Part shown: piece after piece, positions 12,831-23,951 of the stretch
Position numbering within the stretch: the stretch's first letter is position 1
How the letters are laid out: each line of letters starts with the position of its first letter
From: Gnetum montanum
Lineage: Eukaryota; Plantae; Gnetophyta
Direction of reading: 5' to 3'
Assembly (NCBI GenBank): GCA_015680685.1
Contig: MNCI01002011.1
Coordinates: 694,470-758,469, forward strand
Length of the DNA stretch: 64,000 nt
Made by a program: the position numbers and the translations under genes
Notes under the pieces: generated by a model
The model's input: the letters and a program-made list of their open reading frames with translations, nothing else
Databases searched by the model: none
Told to the model about the DNA's origin: nothing

Positions 12831-13102
12831 TAACAACTTTTGAGTTATCATCTCTCAAATTTGCACTACCAAAATTACTACAATTTTTCATAGATTGGAA
12901 AGAACATAATATGACCTTAGATTCTAGATATTTTTTAGAGTAATATTTCTTTTTAAATTGTAGATTAATTTCTAAGATTTTCACAAATACAAATTTTATA
13001 AATTAACGCTTTGTGAAGTTAATATAACCAAGTTGTTCTTTTCCTACATGAAATTCCTTCACTTGATATTGAAGCATTGGGTTCATATACAAAAATGAGC
13101 AT

Positions 13103-14220
13103 AAAAGAAATAGCTAGATGCTCCATCAGCTTTAATAACTCTCAGTATTTTAGCCTATGAACAAGGATGATCAAAGGCTTCCTTGAATGTAATGAACGTT
13201 GGGAAATAGTTAAAATAGGTTTCAAATTCATTCAAAATTTTAAAGATTTCATCAAATTACAAATCAAAGAATATAAAACAAATAAGTAGAATAATAATTT
13301 GGCTCTCATGATGCTATTGGCTACTATCTCACACTTCTAGCATATATAATTTTCATACTATTGCCAAAGAAGTATGGGATAATCTTCTATTCGAGTACAA
13401 GGGAAGCTTGGAAAATTAACAATTGTAGCAGCTAATCTTCCAACAAAAATATGATACCCTATAAATTAGAAGAAATGAAAGTGTCAAAGAATTATTTATT
13501 AGAATATATGATAACTTACAAAAAATAGATTACTATGGCTATGGATATGCCAACAAGCAATAGGTTTAGAAATTTGTTCAAGCTCTCTACATATATTCAA
13601 GATTTAAAAACATAATGGACAACATTACTCTTTTAAAAGAACTTCAACATGCTTAGTATCAATGAATTAGTTGCTTAAGTTAGAACCTTGCAAATTATGA
13701 AAAATAACAAACAATCTAGTGAAGTTGATCAAGCCTACATAACTAACCAAATAGAAAGAGGTTCAGCAAGAGAAAGAAACATATAGAATTAATCTAAAAG
13801 GCAATGTCAGGGTTAAGAATCAATACCATATTGTAACTTCTACAAAAGAAAAGATCATATCATTGATCAATGCTGGACTAGAATCATTTTTCAAATAATA
13901 CATGGACAAACTTCATAAACAAAACAAGATACTCCCTCATCATCTCCAAAGGATACTCAAGAAGAAAAGCTAGGTAATTATGTCATCTTTAATTCAATTA
14001 AATAAATAGAGCAAGATTATTGGATTGTAGATAGTGGGTATTCCATTCAAATGACACCCTATAAAAATTATCTCCTAAATTACAAAACAAACAATAGTCT
14101 TAGCAATAGCAAAATTGGAGATGGAAAATACTTAGTCATAGAAGGAATAGGAGATTATATAGTTAAATTAAATAATGGACAAAACGTTACCATTTCCAAT
14201 GTGTATTATGTTCTTAATCC
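13103..14220 (+). pseudogene. Truncated Ty1/Copia gag-protease fragment
   Basis: IKGFLECNERWEIV, AKEVWDNL, decayed zinc knuckle YCNFYKRKDHIIDQCW, protease WIVDSGYSIQMTP, KIGDGKYLVIEGIG. No LTRs found. Confidence 0.75.
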
Positions 14221-14284
14221 TTCCAACCCTCAAGTACTATTCCTTTTAGTAACTTTAAAATTACTAAAAATCCATTACAAGTGG

Positions 14285-14830
14285 GTGCATGCAGCTAAAA
14301 CTTTTGTTCAATATCTATTGTGGTTTGGGAGAAATTATCTCTATAATTTAGCATATTTTCTAAATCTTGAATTTTTCCTAGAATAAATGATGGTCAATGA
14401 TTAGATAATCTCTTCCTTATTGCATAACAATTTGATGTGATATTAAATTTATTTGAAAGCTAATATTTGTGGAAAGGTGTAATTCCTTATTCCAAATTTT
14501 ATATTAGAAAACTCTTTAATGGAGGAAATAGTATTAGTTTCAAGAGCAATTTCTACATTATCAACAAACCCAATGATGAAGAAATTGTAAAAATCAAAGC
14601 CTTGACTAACAGAAAATATTGCCTTAAATGAAACTTTCTCAATAAAAAAAGATACATCATAACCAACCATACTACTTAAGAAAAGCATGGACTCACAATA
14701 GAAGCCAACATAAGACAAGTGAGAAGATGATGATAAACATTCATGCATTAACTCTCTAGAAATTACATTAATCGATGTATGGATTATAATCATATTGCAC
14801 TTAATACTTATGTAATTTGAATGGTTGGAC
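14285..14830 (-). mobile_element. Possible LINE ORF1 fragment
   Basis: NFFIIGFVDN...IKEFSNIKFGI...ILAFK weakly resembles a LINE ORF1 RRM-like region; partly duplicated at 12610-12830. Confidence 0.3.
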
Positions 14831-15649
14831 ATAAGAGATTAGAATGTGCTCAATGCTTATGTGATTTTTATTATTAGATATAAGGAACTCTCACTGCTCA
14901 TAAAATTGTAATATCATAGTGGTGATGATAATACCATGATAGTGGTATAGTATTAATGATGACATTAAACATGATGATGAAAAATAAAGTAAATAAGAGA
15001 AAATAAAGATTTTGAATGTCTTTAATACTTTATAGGGTTTTGGATGTGAGAACGTTTTTAAACCAACCTTATTAACAACCTTAAAAATAATATTTTCTTG
15101 TGTATCTTCATCAATTAAGATATGTAATTTTTTCTCATCATTAAAATATCTAGCCTCAAGTATAAATAATATTTTTTCTCAAAAGATCTTCATTTTGGCC
15201 AAGAGGCCAAGTACCAGTCACAAATTGATAACGCTAATAATATTTTCTCCATAATGCTCTAAGGGAACCTCTAGGTAACACTAAATAATATTTTCATCCA
15301 TAATGCCAACATATATGTTCCAAGAGAATCCACAATTTCTATGTTTATGTCTTGGTATTGTAATGCATAATGGACTAAATTCATGTAAGGGAAGCATGCA
15401 TAGAAAACAAAAATCCATGAGAATTCAAAATTTTTTTGCAACACAAGATTTATTAACAAAATTATAATGAATTATCCTTCTTTGCATGCAATCACAGTGA
15501 TCTAACCAAAATAGTTATTGAATATATTGAATGTGGTAAAATGGCCACCTGGATAATTTTTATAACAATGTAGATGAAGTAAACTTCAATTTAACATTTG
15601 CAAGATTCTCTAAAAAAAATTATAGATATATAGCATAAATTTATAACTA

Positions 15650-16620
15650 AGCTAGTTCATATTAACATTTATCATTGAAATGCAAGACTTAATTTTAGTT
15701 ACATCCTTAATTTTAGATGCATTGGAATTACCTTCATTTGAAGACTCTCCATTCTTCAATGTTTGAAGTTCATTGCTCTTTTCTCTCTTAGGTATTTTGC
15801 ATTAGCATCACTTATGTCCTATATCACTACAATTAAAGCATTAAACCTTGGAAGAATTACTACTTCCTTAACCTTTCTCTTTCTTGAAGATTCCTTCTTG
15901 GAAGATTTACCTTGGTCTTCTTTGATCTTGTCTTTCTTCTCATGCATGTATTGTTTGTCATTTCCCTTCTCCTTTAATCTCTTGCCATATCTAGAACTCT
16001 TGGAGTCTTTACCTTTAGAAGGTTTGGGATTATTATAGCCAAAAATATTCTTTGTATCCTTGAAAGTTAATTCTAAGGTTTAATCAAGAGTTAAAGGTAT
16101 AAAGAAGGTTAACTCCTACTCATATGTTCTTTTTAATCCCATTAATAAATTAAAGACTTGTTCATACCTACTTGAACCAACTATAGCTTGATGGAAGGCT
16201 TTGCACAGAGTCATGTAGAATTCCTTAACACTATTATCACCTTATCTCAAATAGTTGAGTTTTTAGATTCTACAATCTAGGTCCTTAAAATGTCAAAAAC
16301 CACACCAAGAGTCTTAATGAATAAGAAAAGAAACTTGATATTTATTCTTACTTGAAAATAAATCCAAATAGAGTATAGAATGATTAATAAGCATACATCT
16401 TAAGGATTATGAAATAAACATAAACTTCCCTTACTACTCTTTCTCAATCCCTCACAAGGACTTAATGAATCCTTTCAAGAATGATTCTCCTCTCTCTTCT
16501 CCTTATGATCTTACTTATGTATCCAAGGTTGCATTCAAGTTATCCGTTTCTAGATTCTTTGTGATCATTTGACTTTCCTTGGTATATGAATTTGAAAACT
16601 AGAGACATTTCAAATGTGTC
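15650..16620 (-). pseudogene. Degraded Ty3/Gypsy gag fragment
   Basis: Minus-strand LNYLR*GDNSVKEFY resembles the Retrotrans_gag QGxxSVxEY motif, followed by a K/R/S-rich tract. Confidence 0.5.
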
Positions 16621-17049
16621 GATACTATCCATGAGAAGTACCCCTTGTTTTAGGCAAGACATCCTAGGACTAGCAAGATTTGTCGTTAAAAGGTCTAAGT
16701 TGAATAGTTAAGACAATTCAAGGATCAAAAATGTCTTTTTAGATCAAGAAAGATCCCTTTCTAAGATATTCGACATACTTAAGATGCCTCAATAGCAATA
16801 TTCTCCAATCTTTAAGTAGCATTTAGTATTCAATCTTTTAACCCTCCTTACATCTAAAATTGACCCAAAACAATCCTAAAATACTCTTAAGACCCATGAA
16901 ATCACATACATACATGCACATATAAAAGAAGTTAAAACACATCAAGCTTGAGGTGATGTCATTATTACTTTTCTAGTAACATTTTGTGCTTATGATTATA
17001 TAATTAAATGGATGTTCAATTTGACATGACTAACCATCAGCTATGGTGC

Positions 17050-19727
17050 ATGTTATTATGATGTTATATGTTATTATGATTCTGGGAACATTACAGTTAC
17101 TTAAAGAGCTATAAAATTTGAAACAATCACACCAAGAAAAGAGCTTGCAAAAATATTTGTAGAATAGATGAAAGTCAAAAATAAAAAAAAAAATCTGAGA
17201 GTAGAAGGTTTTGTAGGATTTTTGGATACAAGAGGTAATATAGTAATTACAAAAACTAAATATCAAAAAACTTCATTAAGAAGATAAAAAATTATCTCCA
17301 TTGTACATTTTTAAACATTGATGAATCATTAGTAGATAAAGTTGAGTTATATAATACATCTTTCTTAATAAATTTGACATTTTTGGTATTTTTGAGATAT
17401 GGGAAACCGAAGACTCTTGAAATTTTTGTTCCAAATTTTTTTGTTTTATCTTTTCTTTATGAAAGAAATACATATCATGGAACACCTTTTGGAGGTTTAG
17501 CTTTTTTGATTCAAAATTCTCATCATAAGCAAGTCTAAGTAGAAATAATAGATGAATACAACTAGTATGTTTAGCTAAAAATATTATAACAACAATATCT
17601 TTTATTTATATCTTTTTGTTACTTTGTACCTAAAGAATCCACTTATTATGAATGAGAAGGCTTATCATAGGATTTTTCATTTCATTCCTTTGGCATGGAT
17701 ATTGCTAGATTTTCTCAAAGAGGAAAAATTTACATATGTGATAACTTTAATGATAGAATTAGTTTTAATTAGATCCCTATTAGTCACTTTAATTATTAAG
17801 AATTTTTACAATATGAAAAAAAAATGTATAATGAACTTGGTGCTATGACAATAAAAACTTTAACCATAGGAAAAAAACATTTATTTAATTAGGAATAAGA
17901 ACTAGATATATTGGCTTGAAATAATATCAAAAAATATACCAAATTAGGTGGCTTTACTTTTGTAGAATTACAAGGCAACTCCAATATTTATTTTCTTCTT
18001 TCTAGCCTAGATAATGTTAGTAGCATCAAATGTTTTGAAGTAGATGAAGATATAATTGATCCAATCATTTCTATTTATAGCTCATCTTACTAATAAATAC
18101 ACAACATATTAGATATTCTAGAAGGCAAAAGCACTCTAGAGTAACTTAAAAAATGAAAGATAATTTTCAAAATAAAATTAAGAAGATTTAAAATGTAATT
18201 GTGACTCTTATAAAAAATCTAATTTCAAATACATTAAACATTTCCAAACACCAAAATAAAAATAACAAACAATGATTTGATGAAGAATGTAAGATAGCTA
18301 GAATTTTATTGAAGACTTAAAGGTCACCAAAGAATATCAAGTCATATAAAATTTTGGTTTGAATTAAGAAGAGAAAAGTTGTCAAACAAAGACAAAATAG
18401 TTTATTAGAAATGATAAAGAAAGATCTAAAATATTTTGATATTCATTTCAAAATAAGAGAAAACAAACTATGCTTTCTCTCTCAACGACATGTAAAATTA
18501 TTATCGAGCTTTGTTTTGTAGTAATAATAGAATAAAATTTCACACAAAAACAATAATACATTGTTTTATTTATGATATAATGCAAGAGATTAAAAATTGC
18601 AATTAGAAAAAGTTTCTAATGTAAATACCTTATATGTAGAAATTTATTAAATGGGGAGGACTATTGGTATGAAATGCCATCTAGAAAATGTTAAATTTGG
18701 TTGTACAAATAGGGTTAGAAAAGAAATTATACATCAATAAAGAAATTATGCTCTTTTAAAAATGAGACAAAAAATATCTAAATAATTATAGACTAATTGT
18801 AAACAACAATATTTTTCATAAGCCTTTGGAAACTCTTCTAGAATCTATGATTAAAAGATGGGATGAAGAAAATTAAATACATGTAATTTTCTAAGTAGGA
18901 TTTAGATAACAACATACTGTAAATCATCTCATCACTTTAATATACCTTATTGATAAAGTAAAAGTTCCACACAAGAAAACTTTTATATGCTTTGTTGATG
19001 TTTCTAAGGCCTATGATTCTATAATTTGAAGCAAGATATGGAGGCATTTGGAAATTTTAGGAGTTCTTAGCACACTAATATCTATTATCCATAAACTTTA
19101 CAAAGAGGTATGCATTTAGTTTACAAATAGATAGAAATAATGTTATTAATAAATTTGTTATTGTTAAACAATAATGTCCTATTTCTCTTACTTTATTTGG
19201 GATTTTGATTAATGAACTTAAAGAGTATTTGCAATTACAATTACAAATAGTCCTATCACACTCTTACTCTATGCTAATGATGTTGCCTTAATTTTCAATT
19301 CAATGAAAGGGTTGTTACAAATGTTCAATAAACTTGATGATTTTATTGGAATTTATGAAAATGTCCAAGAAACAAAAACTATCATTTATGGAATATAAAA
19401 AATATGTATAATTTTACTATATGATATGAACTTGTAGATATAATTTCCCCTTATAAAGATCCTGGTTTAGAGTATTCCTATAATTACAAATAGAATCAGT
19501 GCTAGTAGTAGGAAAGCCTTCTTTTCTTTAAAAAATACACAGATACAATATGATATTCTACTTCTTAAAGTGGAGATGATGTCATTAGAGCTTGAAGTTG
19601 TGCTCCTAATATTTTGCATCTTCATTAGATAAATATTCCAAAAAAGTAATGATGGAAGCAAATAATAAAGAATGAATTCATGAGAAATTCCTATGACTTA
19701 ATAAATGGAATATTTAAGAGTACATTC
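17050..19727 (+). mobile_element. Non-LTR retrotransposon (RTE-X-like LINE), 5' part: endonuclease and RT, decayed
   Basis: FDIFGIFEIWE (EN, ~17375), CFVDVSKAYDSI (~18990), CPISLTLFG (~19175), LLYANDVAL (19261-19290). Left boundary approximate. Confidence 0.8.
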
Positions 19728-21467
19728 TATTGACCTTTTGGTATGCCAAAACCTTCAAGAAAATGGAGAACAAAGAATGTTTGGCATGGATGATGTGTTT
19801 ACAGGACATGAACAAGAACTTCACATCAAGACTAAGGACTCAAGGAAAAGGAGATCTACAACAAATTAATAGAGTAAAGATCTAATGAGCCAACATGAGA
19901 ACATGAATGAGCATGGGTTGAAACCAAAGACTACAAATCAAATGAAGATGCTCCAAGGATTAGAAAGAAGCCAAATTAATTAGAGAAAGCCTCAAGGACC
20001 AGATTTTAAGAGTTGAGGAGGCATCTCCAAGAAATAGTAGATGTCTCTGTTGAGAAGAAAGAAATCATAGAAAGACATCTCTAAGAAATAGTAGATTTCT
20101 TGATCTAAAAGAAGATGTCTTCCTACAAATGTGTTGTCATGTCCCCATTTCCAAATGATGTTTTTGCATAACAAAGATGATGCCTCTTCATAAAAAAGTG
20201 TTATTGTTATCATAACATGACTTGAAAAGGTAGTTGTAATTGAGACCCAAAAGGGTGCATTGTACTAATGGATGTGTCTCTTATGGTAACCTTTGGGGAT
20301 TTGACCTAAGGTATGTATACCTAGGCTTAGAGGTCATGCTAAGAGGGAGTGGAAAAGTTGGTATAGGCAAGTCACAATAAAGCAAGATAGGAAGTGGACT
20401 AGTCATCCCTTCTAGCCAAGTTGTAGGACTAATCGTGGTGGCAGCATTGGATTGCCTCTAAGGAATAGATGCTAAATGAACAAAACCCCAAGGAACACTC
20501 TCAGAGAATGATCTAGATACACTATTCCATATCAATAAATCATTCTTTTCTTTTTCTTTCTACATTTTCCTAGTTCTTTCCTTTACACATAATGTCGAAT
20601 GTTACATGTATTTGATGTTTTCCATATTGTATTCTTATGCATAATGTCTAATATAAAGTATATTTGATGTTTTCCATTTCATCTAGGAATGGGATGTCAC
20701 ACATCTCTATGGAGATGACTCATTTCAAAATGAGACATCTCTCCAAAATTGAGGTAGATCTTAGGTATACATCCCAAATTCGAAGGAGACATCTATGCTA
20801 GTCATTATGTAGCTATTGCATGAATTCAATGAAATTTCCTAAAACTCTAAAGCTATAAGAAGACATAAAATTCTTGAGAATTGTGCAAGTTTTGTCAATA
20901 TCAAAGAAATCATTGTCATATCTATGCTCTTGTACTCTTGTCCTTCATTGTCATGTCATTTTCTTGGTTGTATGTTAATTGTATGTTGAATTGAGCTTCA
21001 ATGACTGGACTTGTAATTGTAGTTACATTCTTTCCTTGTATCATTTATTTTTCTTGTTGCCTTGTGAGGTGGACGTGCTTCTTACAAGAAGGCATCCATA
21101 TTGATCTTGTTGGGATCTTATGAGATTGAGTGATTTTGCAACACCAAAACACTCTGAAGTGAAGCTCAGTTTTGTAAAGGTTGTGGGATCCTCTAAACCA
21201 CATTTTGAGCTTATTGGGACCTTACAGGATTGAGATATTTCATAGTGAAGAAAATATTCGTACCATAGCTCAAATATTATAAAGGTTGTGGTGTCCTCTA
21301 AACCACATTTTGAAAGAAACAAAGTCCAAAGGTGTACAAGGAATCTACCCTTTGAATGTGGACTACCCAAGTTGGGGAACCACATAATTTTTGATGTGTT
21401 TTTTGTCACAAGTTTGACTTCAAGTTGGGGAACTTTTTCAACTCCTCTTCTAAGTTTTTGATCCTAA
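19728..21467 (+). repeat. 5' LTR of the SIRE-like element (includes a 567-bp solo LTR insertion)
   Basis: Colinear with 31345-32461 except for 20135-20701; AGAC(G/A)TCT motif array. Confidence 0.9.
20135..20701. mobile_element. Solo LTR inserted in the SIRE-like 5' LTR
   Basis: TGTCATGTCCCCATTTCC...GGAATGGGATGTCACA inverted termini; absent from the sister LTR. Flanks TGTGT/CATCT correspond to the empty-site CGTCT. Confidence 0.85.
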
Positions 21468-21522
21468 AGTGGTATTAGAGCTTGGTACTCTTTCATTCAA
21501 TGTCAACTTTCAAGAGTGAACT

Positions 21523-21926
21523 ATGGAGGGGACATCCTAGACAAAGCCACCAATATTGATGGGTTCAATTTTGCCTATTGGAAGGTGAGGTTGCAAGGAT
21601 TCTTCAAGTCAAGGGAGTTTGAGGTATGGGAGTCCAACCTTGAAGGCTACACATTGCTTGTTGATAGCACAACAAAGGCCATCAAGCCTCGAAGCAAGTG
21701 GACACAAGAAGAAAGAGATAAGTTTATGTATGATTCTAAAATAAAAAATTGTTTATATTGTGCATTAAATAAGTCTAAATGTAATATAATAGTTGGTTGT
21801 AGAATTGCTAAGAATATTTGAGAAACCTTAGAAGCTAACTTTGAGGGTAGATCCATAGTAAAACAATCTAAACTTTTAGTCTTAGAAAGTGAGTATGAAA
21901 AACTCAAAATGAGAGAAGATGAAAAG
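21523..21926 (+). pseudogene. SIRE-like gag, N-terminal part (DUF4219/UBN2-type)
   Basis: DGFNFAYWKVRLQGFFKS...WE, LYCALNKS, KQSKLLVLESEYEKLKMREDE; homologous to 61652-62050. Confidence 0.85.
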
Positions 21927-21995
21927 TGTTGAGGCCAACCTCACCCATGCTAGGCATAGGGCTTTGACCAACAGTAATAACATAACAATTTCACT

Positions 21996-22197
21996 TTAAA
22001 TTAGTTGCAAGGTTAGATATAGAGATGCATAGGAAACTCCAAGTAGCAGCAGGAAGCTTCAAAACACTGTCATCATCTCTACTGCCGCCACTCTTCTCTA
22101 CATTGTAACTGCCATGGCTATTGATATGATGAGATTTGATATTTGGTTTACTCAAGAAATTGATGATAAAGGTGGCTATGCCTGGCAGCCTTATATA
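21996..22197 (-). pseudogene. Host-like gene 5' fragment inside the LTR: TATA box, 5' UTR, Kozak ATG and signal-peptide-like codons
   Basis: Minus strand TATATAAGG (22197-22189), GCCATGG with ATG at 22115, reading MAVTM*RRVAAVEMMTVF*SFLLLLGVSYASLY. Confidence 0.55.
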
Positions 22198-22853
22198 CAC
22201 AGGCAAGGCTGTGCACGAAAGTAAATTATATCACAGATTTCAATCTCCTTTCCACGAAAAAAGACAAAAAAAAATTTCTACCGGTAGTCAATACACGACA
22301 AAGAAAATTTTACCAGTAGCCTACATTGTGATTGAAAGGAATGAAAGAATGCTTACAGTATTCAAATTCTTATAGAGATTTTGATTTTGAATGAGAAAAA
22401 TTTAGTGACATTAATTTCAGCATCTACGTTGGGTACATAAATAGGAAAAGCTATCTTCCAAATCCACATGAAACCTTTAACTGCCACGATAGCCGAACAT
22501 TTAGATTTATAACAACATGAGCACAGTTGGAGGACATTCTAAAATTTACTGGGGCACCTGTGGGACGTAGTTTATAAATGGATTTAATAGTTTTACAGAG
22601 TTGCAAAGTTACTGAATGTATTGATTACATAGTGTTAGCTTATCTATTTGCTTTGATTATTTATGGTGCTTCTAATGATTCCAGAATTAAGAAAATTTGA
22701 TTTGATCTATTTTTAAATTCCTTGTCAGTATAGTACCTTTAAAAAATAAAAAAATAAAAACAAAAAAGTATTTCGCATAAACCATAAAACTTAAGGCTTT
22801 TTTTTTATTTCAGTTTTCTGCGTTGCGGTTGACGTGGCAAAGGTAGCTGGCGG

Positions 22854-22891
22854 TTTAGGGTTAGGGTTTCTCTCATAGGCCCCTATTTATA
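22854..22891 (-). promoter_or_regulatory. Antisense TATA box plus telo-box inside the LTR
   Basis: TATAAATAGGG (22891-22881) followed by AAACCCTAACCCTAAA (22869-22854); ACGTGGC at 22832-22838. Confidence 0.5.
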
Positions 22892-23739
22892 ATGGAGCCA
22901 GCCAAAGCCAAAAGGACAGAGAAGAGCCACAAGTCTCTTGTGGACGATAGTCTCTCTCTTTGCGCTACAGAAAATAGTAGTGACCTAAGCACGTGAGACG
23001 TAGCAATGCACATAGACGACACCCCTGAGTAGTGGGTGACTGAAGTCCTTCTCTTCTTCCTAATATTGGGTGCACTGTCAGGAACAGGAAAGTGGGTGTT
23101 GGCAGCAATGCATGAGGCGGTTCGTAGAAATGGCCGTAACGTACAACATGCATGCCTCTCTCCCATAAAAAGGTTGTAGCAATAGCAGCTAAGGACCTGT
23201 GAGGGCATGTGTTTCAGTTTTCTCTTCTCTCCTGCAAGAAACTGTTGCACCAAGTGGGTGACCAACAGTAACGTCTTTTTCTTTATTTTCTTGCCTTATA
23301 ACAGACGACAAACACTCTATCGCAATGAAGAATCAACAGTGAATGCCACAAACGGTGGCAAGGTGGTTTCTCTCAAAAGACAGACAACATACCAAACAAG
23401 GGTGGTCAAGCAGCATTGGATGAGATAAATTTGAATTCAATTTTAATTTTCTTGTTGTATTTTTTTTAAGGAAAGAAAAATTGCACAAATGTTTAATTTT
23501 GATTTTAGTTATTTTACTATGCTTTTCAAAACATAATAGAACCCTTCTAAAATTAAATTTAAGTTTTCAATATTTTGTTTAAAATATTATTTTTATCGTT
23601 ATTGTCACATAGCCCTTTCCAGCTGAGACTATTCCTGGGTTTCCGTACCCATACAGGAGGCGCCCTAGGTGATAGTCTCCTAAAATAAGTTTTCACAGGT
23701 GTTGGCGATGTGTCCAAAATTTACACATCAACACCTTTT

Positions 23740-23758
23740 TGGCGTTAGAAGGAGGGGA
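23740..23758 (+). other. Primer binding site, tRNA-Asn type
   Basis: TGGCGTTAGAAGGAGGG is complementary (1 mismatch) to the recalled plant tRNA-Asn 3' end CCCTCCTTCTAGCGCCA. Confidence 0.75.
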
Positions 23759-23951
23759 GTTTCTCAACCTTTTCTTTATTTTCCTTATATATATATATAT
23801 ATTTTAAAAATTATCATATTTTTTATTACTGTCTATTTTTCTTGCCTCCCTNTAAAAATAAATAAAAAAATATAGCATTCAAATGTTTTTTCCATTTTCT
23901 TTAATTTTCACAGTTTATTAGCATTTTACATTTCCTATTATTTTTCATTTT

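Larger units (their letters stand above)
21927..23733 (+). repeat. LTR 1 (1807 bp) of the Tat-like element
   Basis: TG...CA termini; highly similar to 28116-29724. Confidence 0.92.

Noticed and set aside
22854-22869. TTTAGGG repeats as an interstitial telomere
   Set aside because: Only about two units; better read as a telo-box.
23027-23049. GAGTAGT-GGGTGAC-TGAAGTCC resembling 5S rRNA (Cassandra-like LTR)
   Set aside because: Only short word matches with wrong spacing, no A-box context, and LTR 2 reads GAGCAGT.
23147-23215. Hairpin or miR408-like sequence with apparent compensatory changes between the LTRs
   Set aside because: The stem is short and the changes are explained by decay of two CpGs; no proper miRNA/miRNA* duplex.
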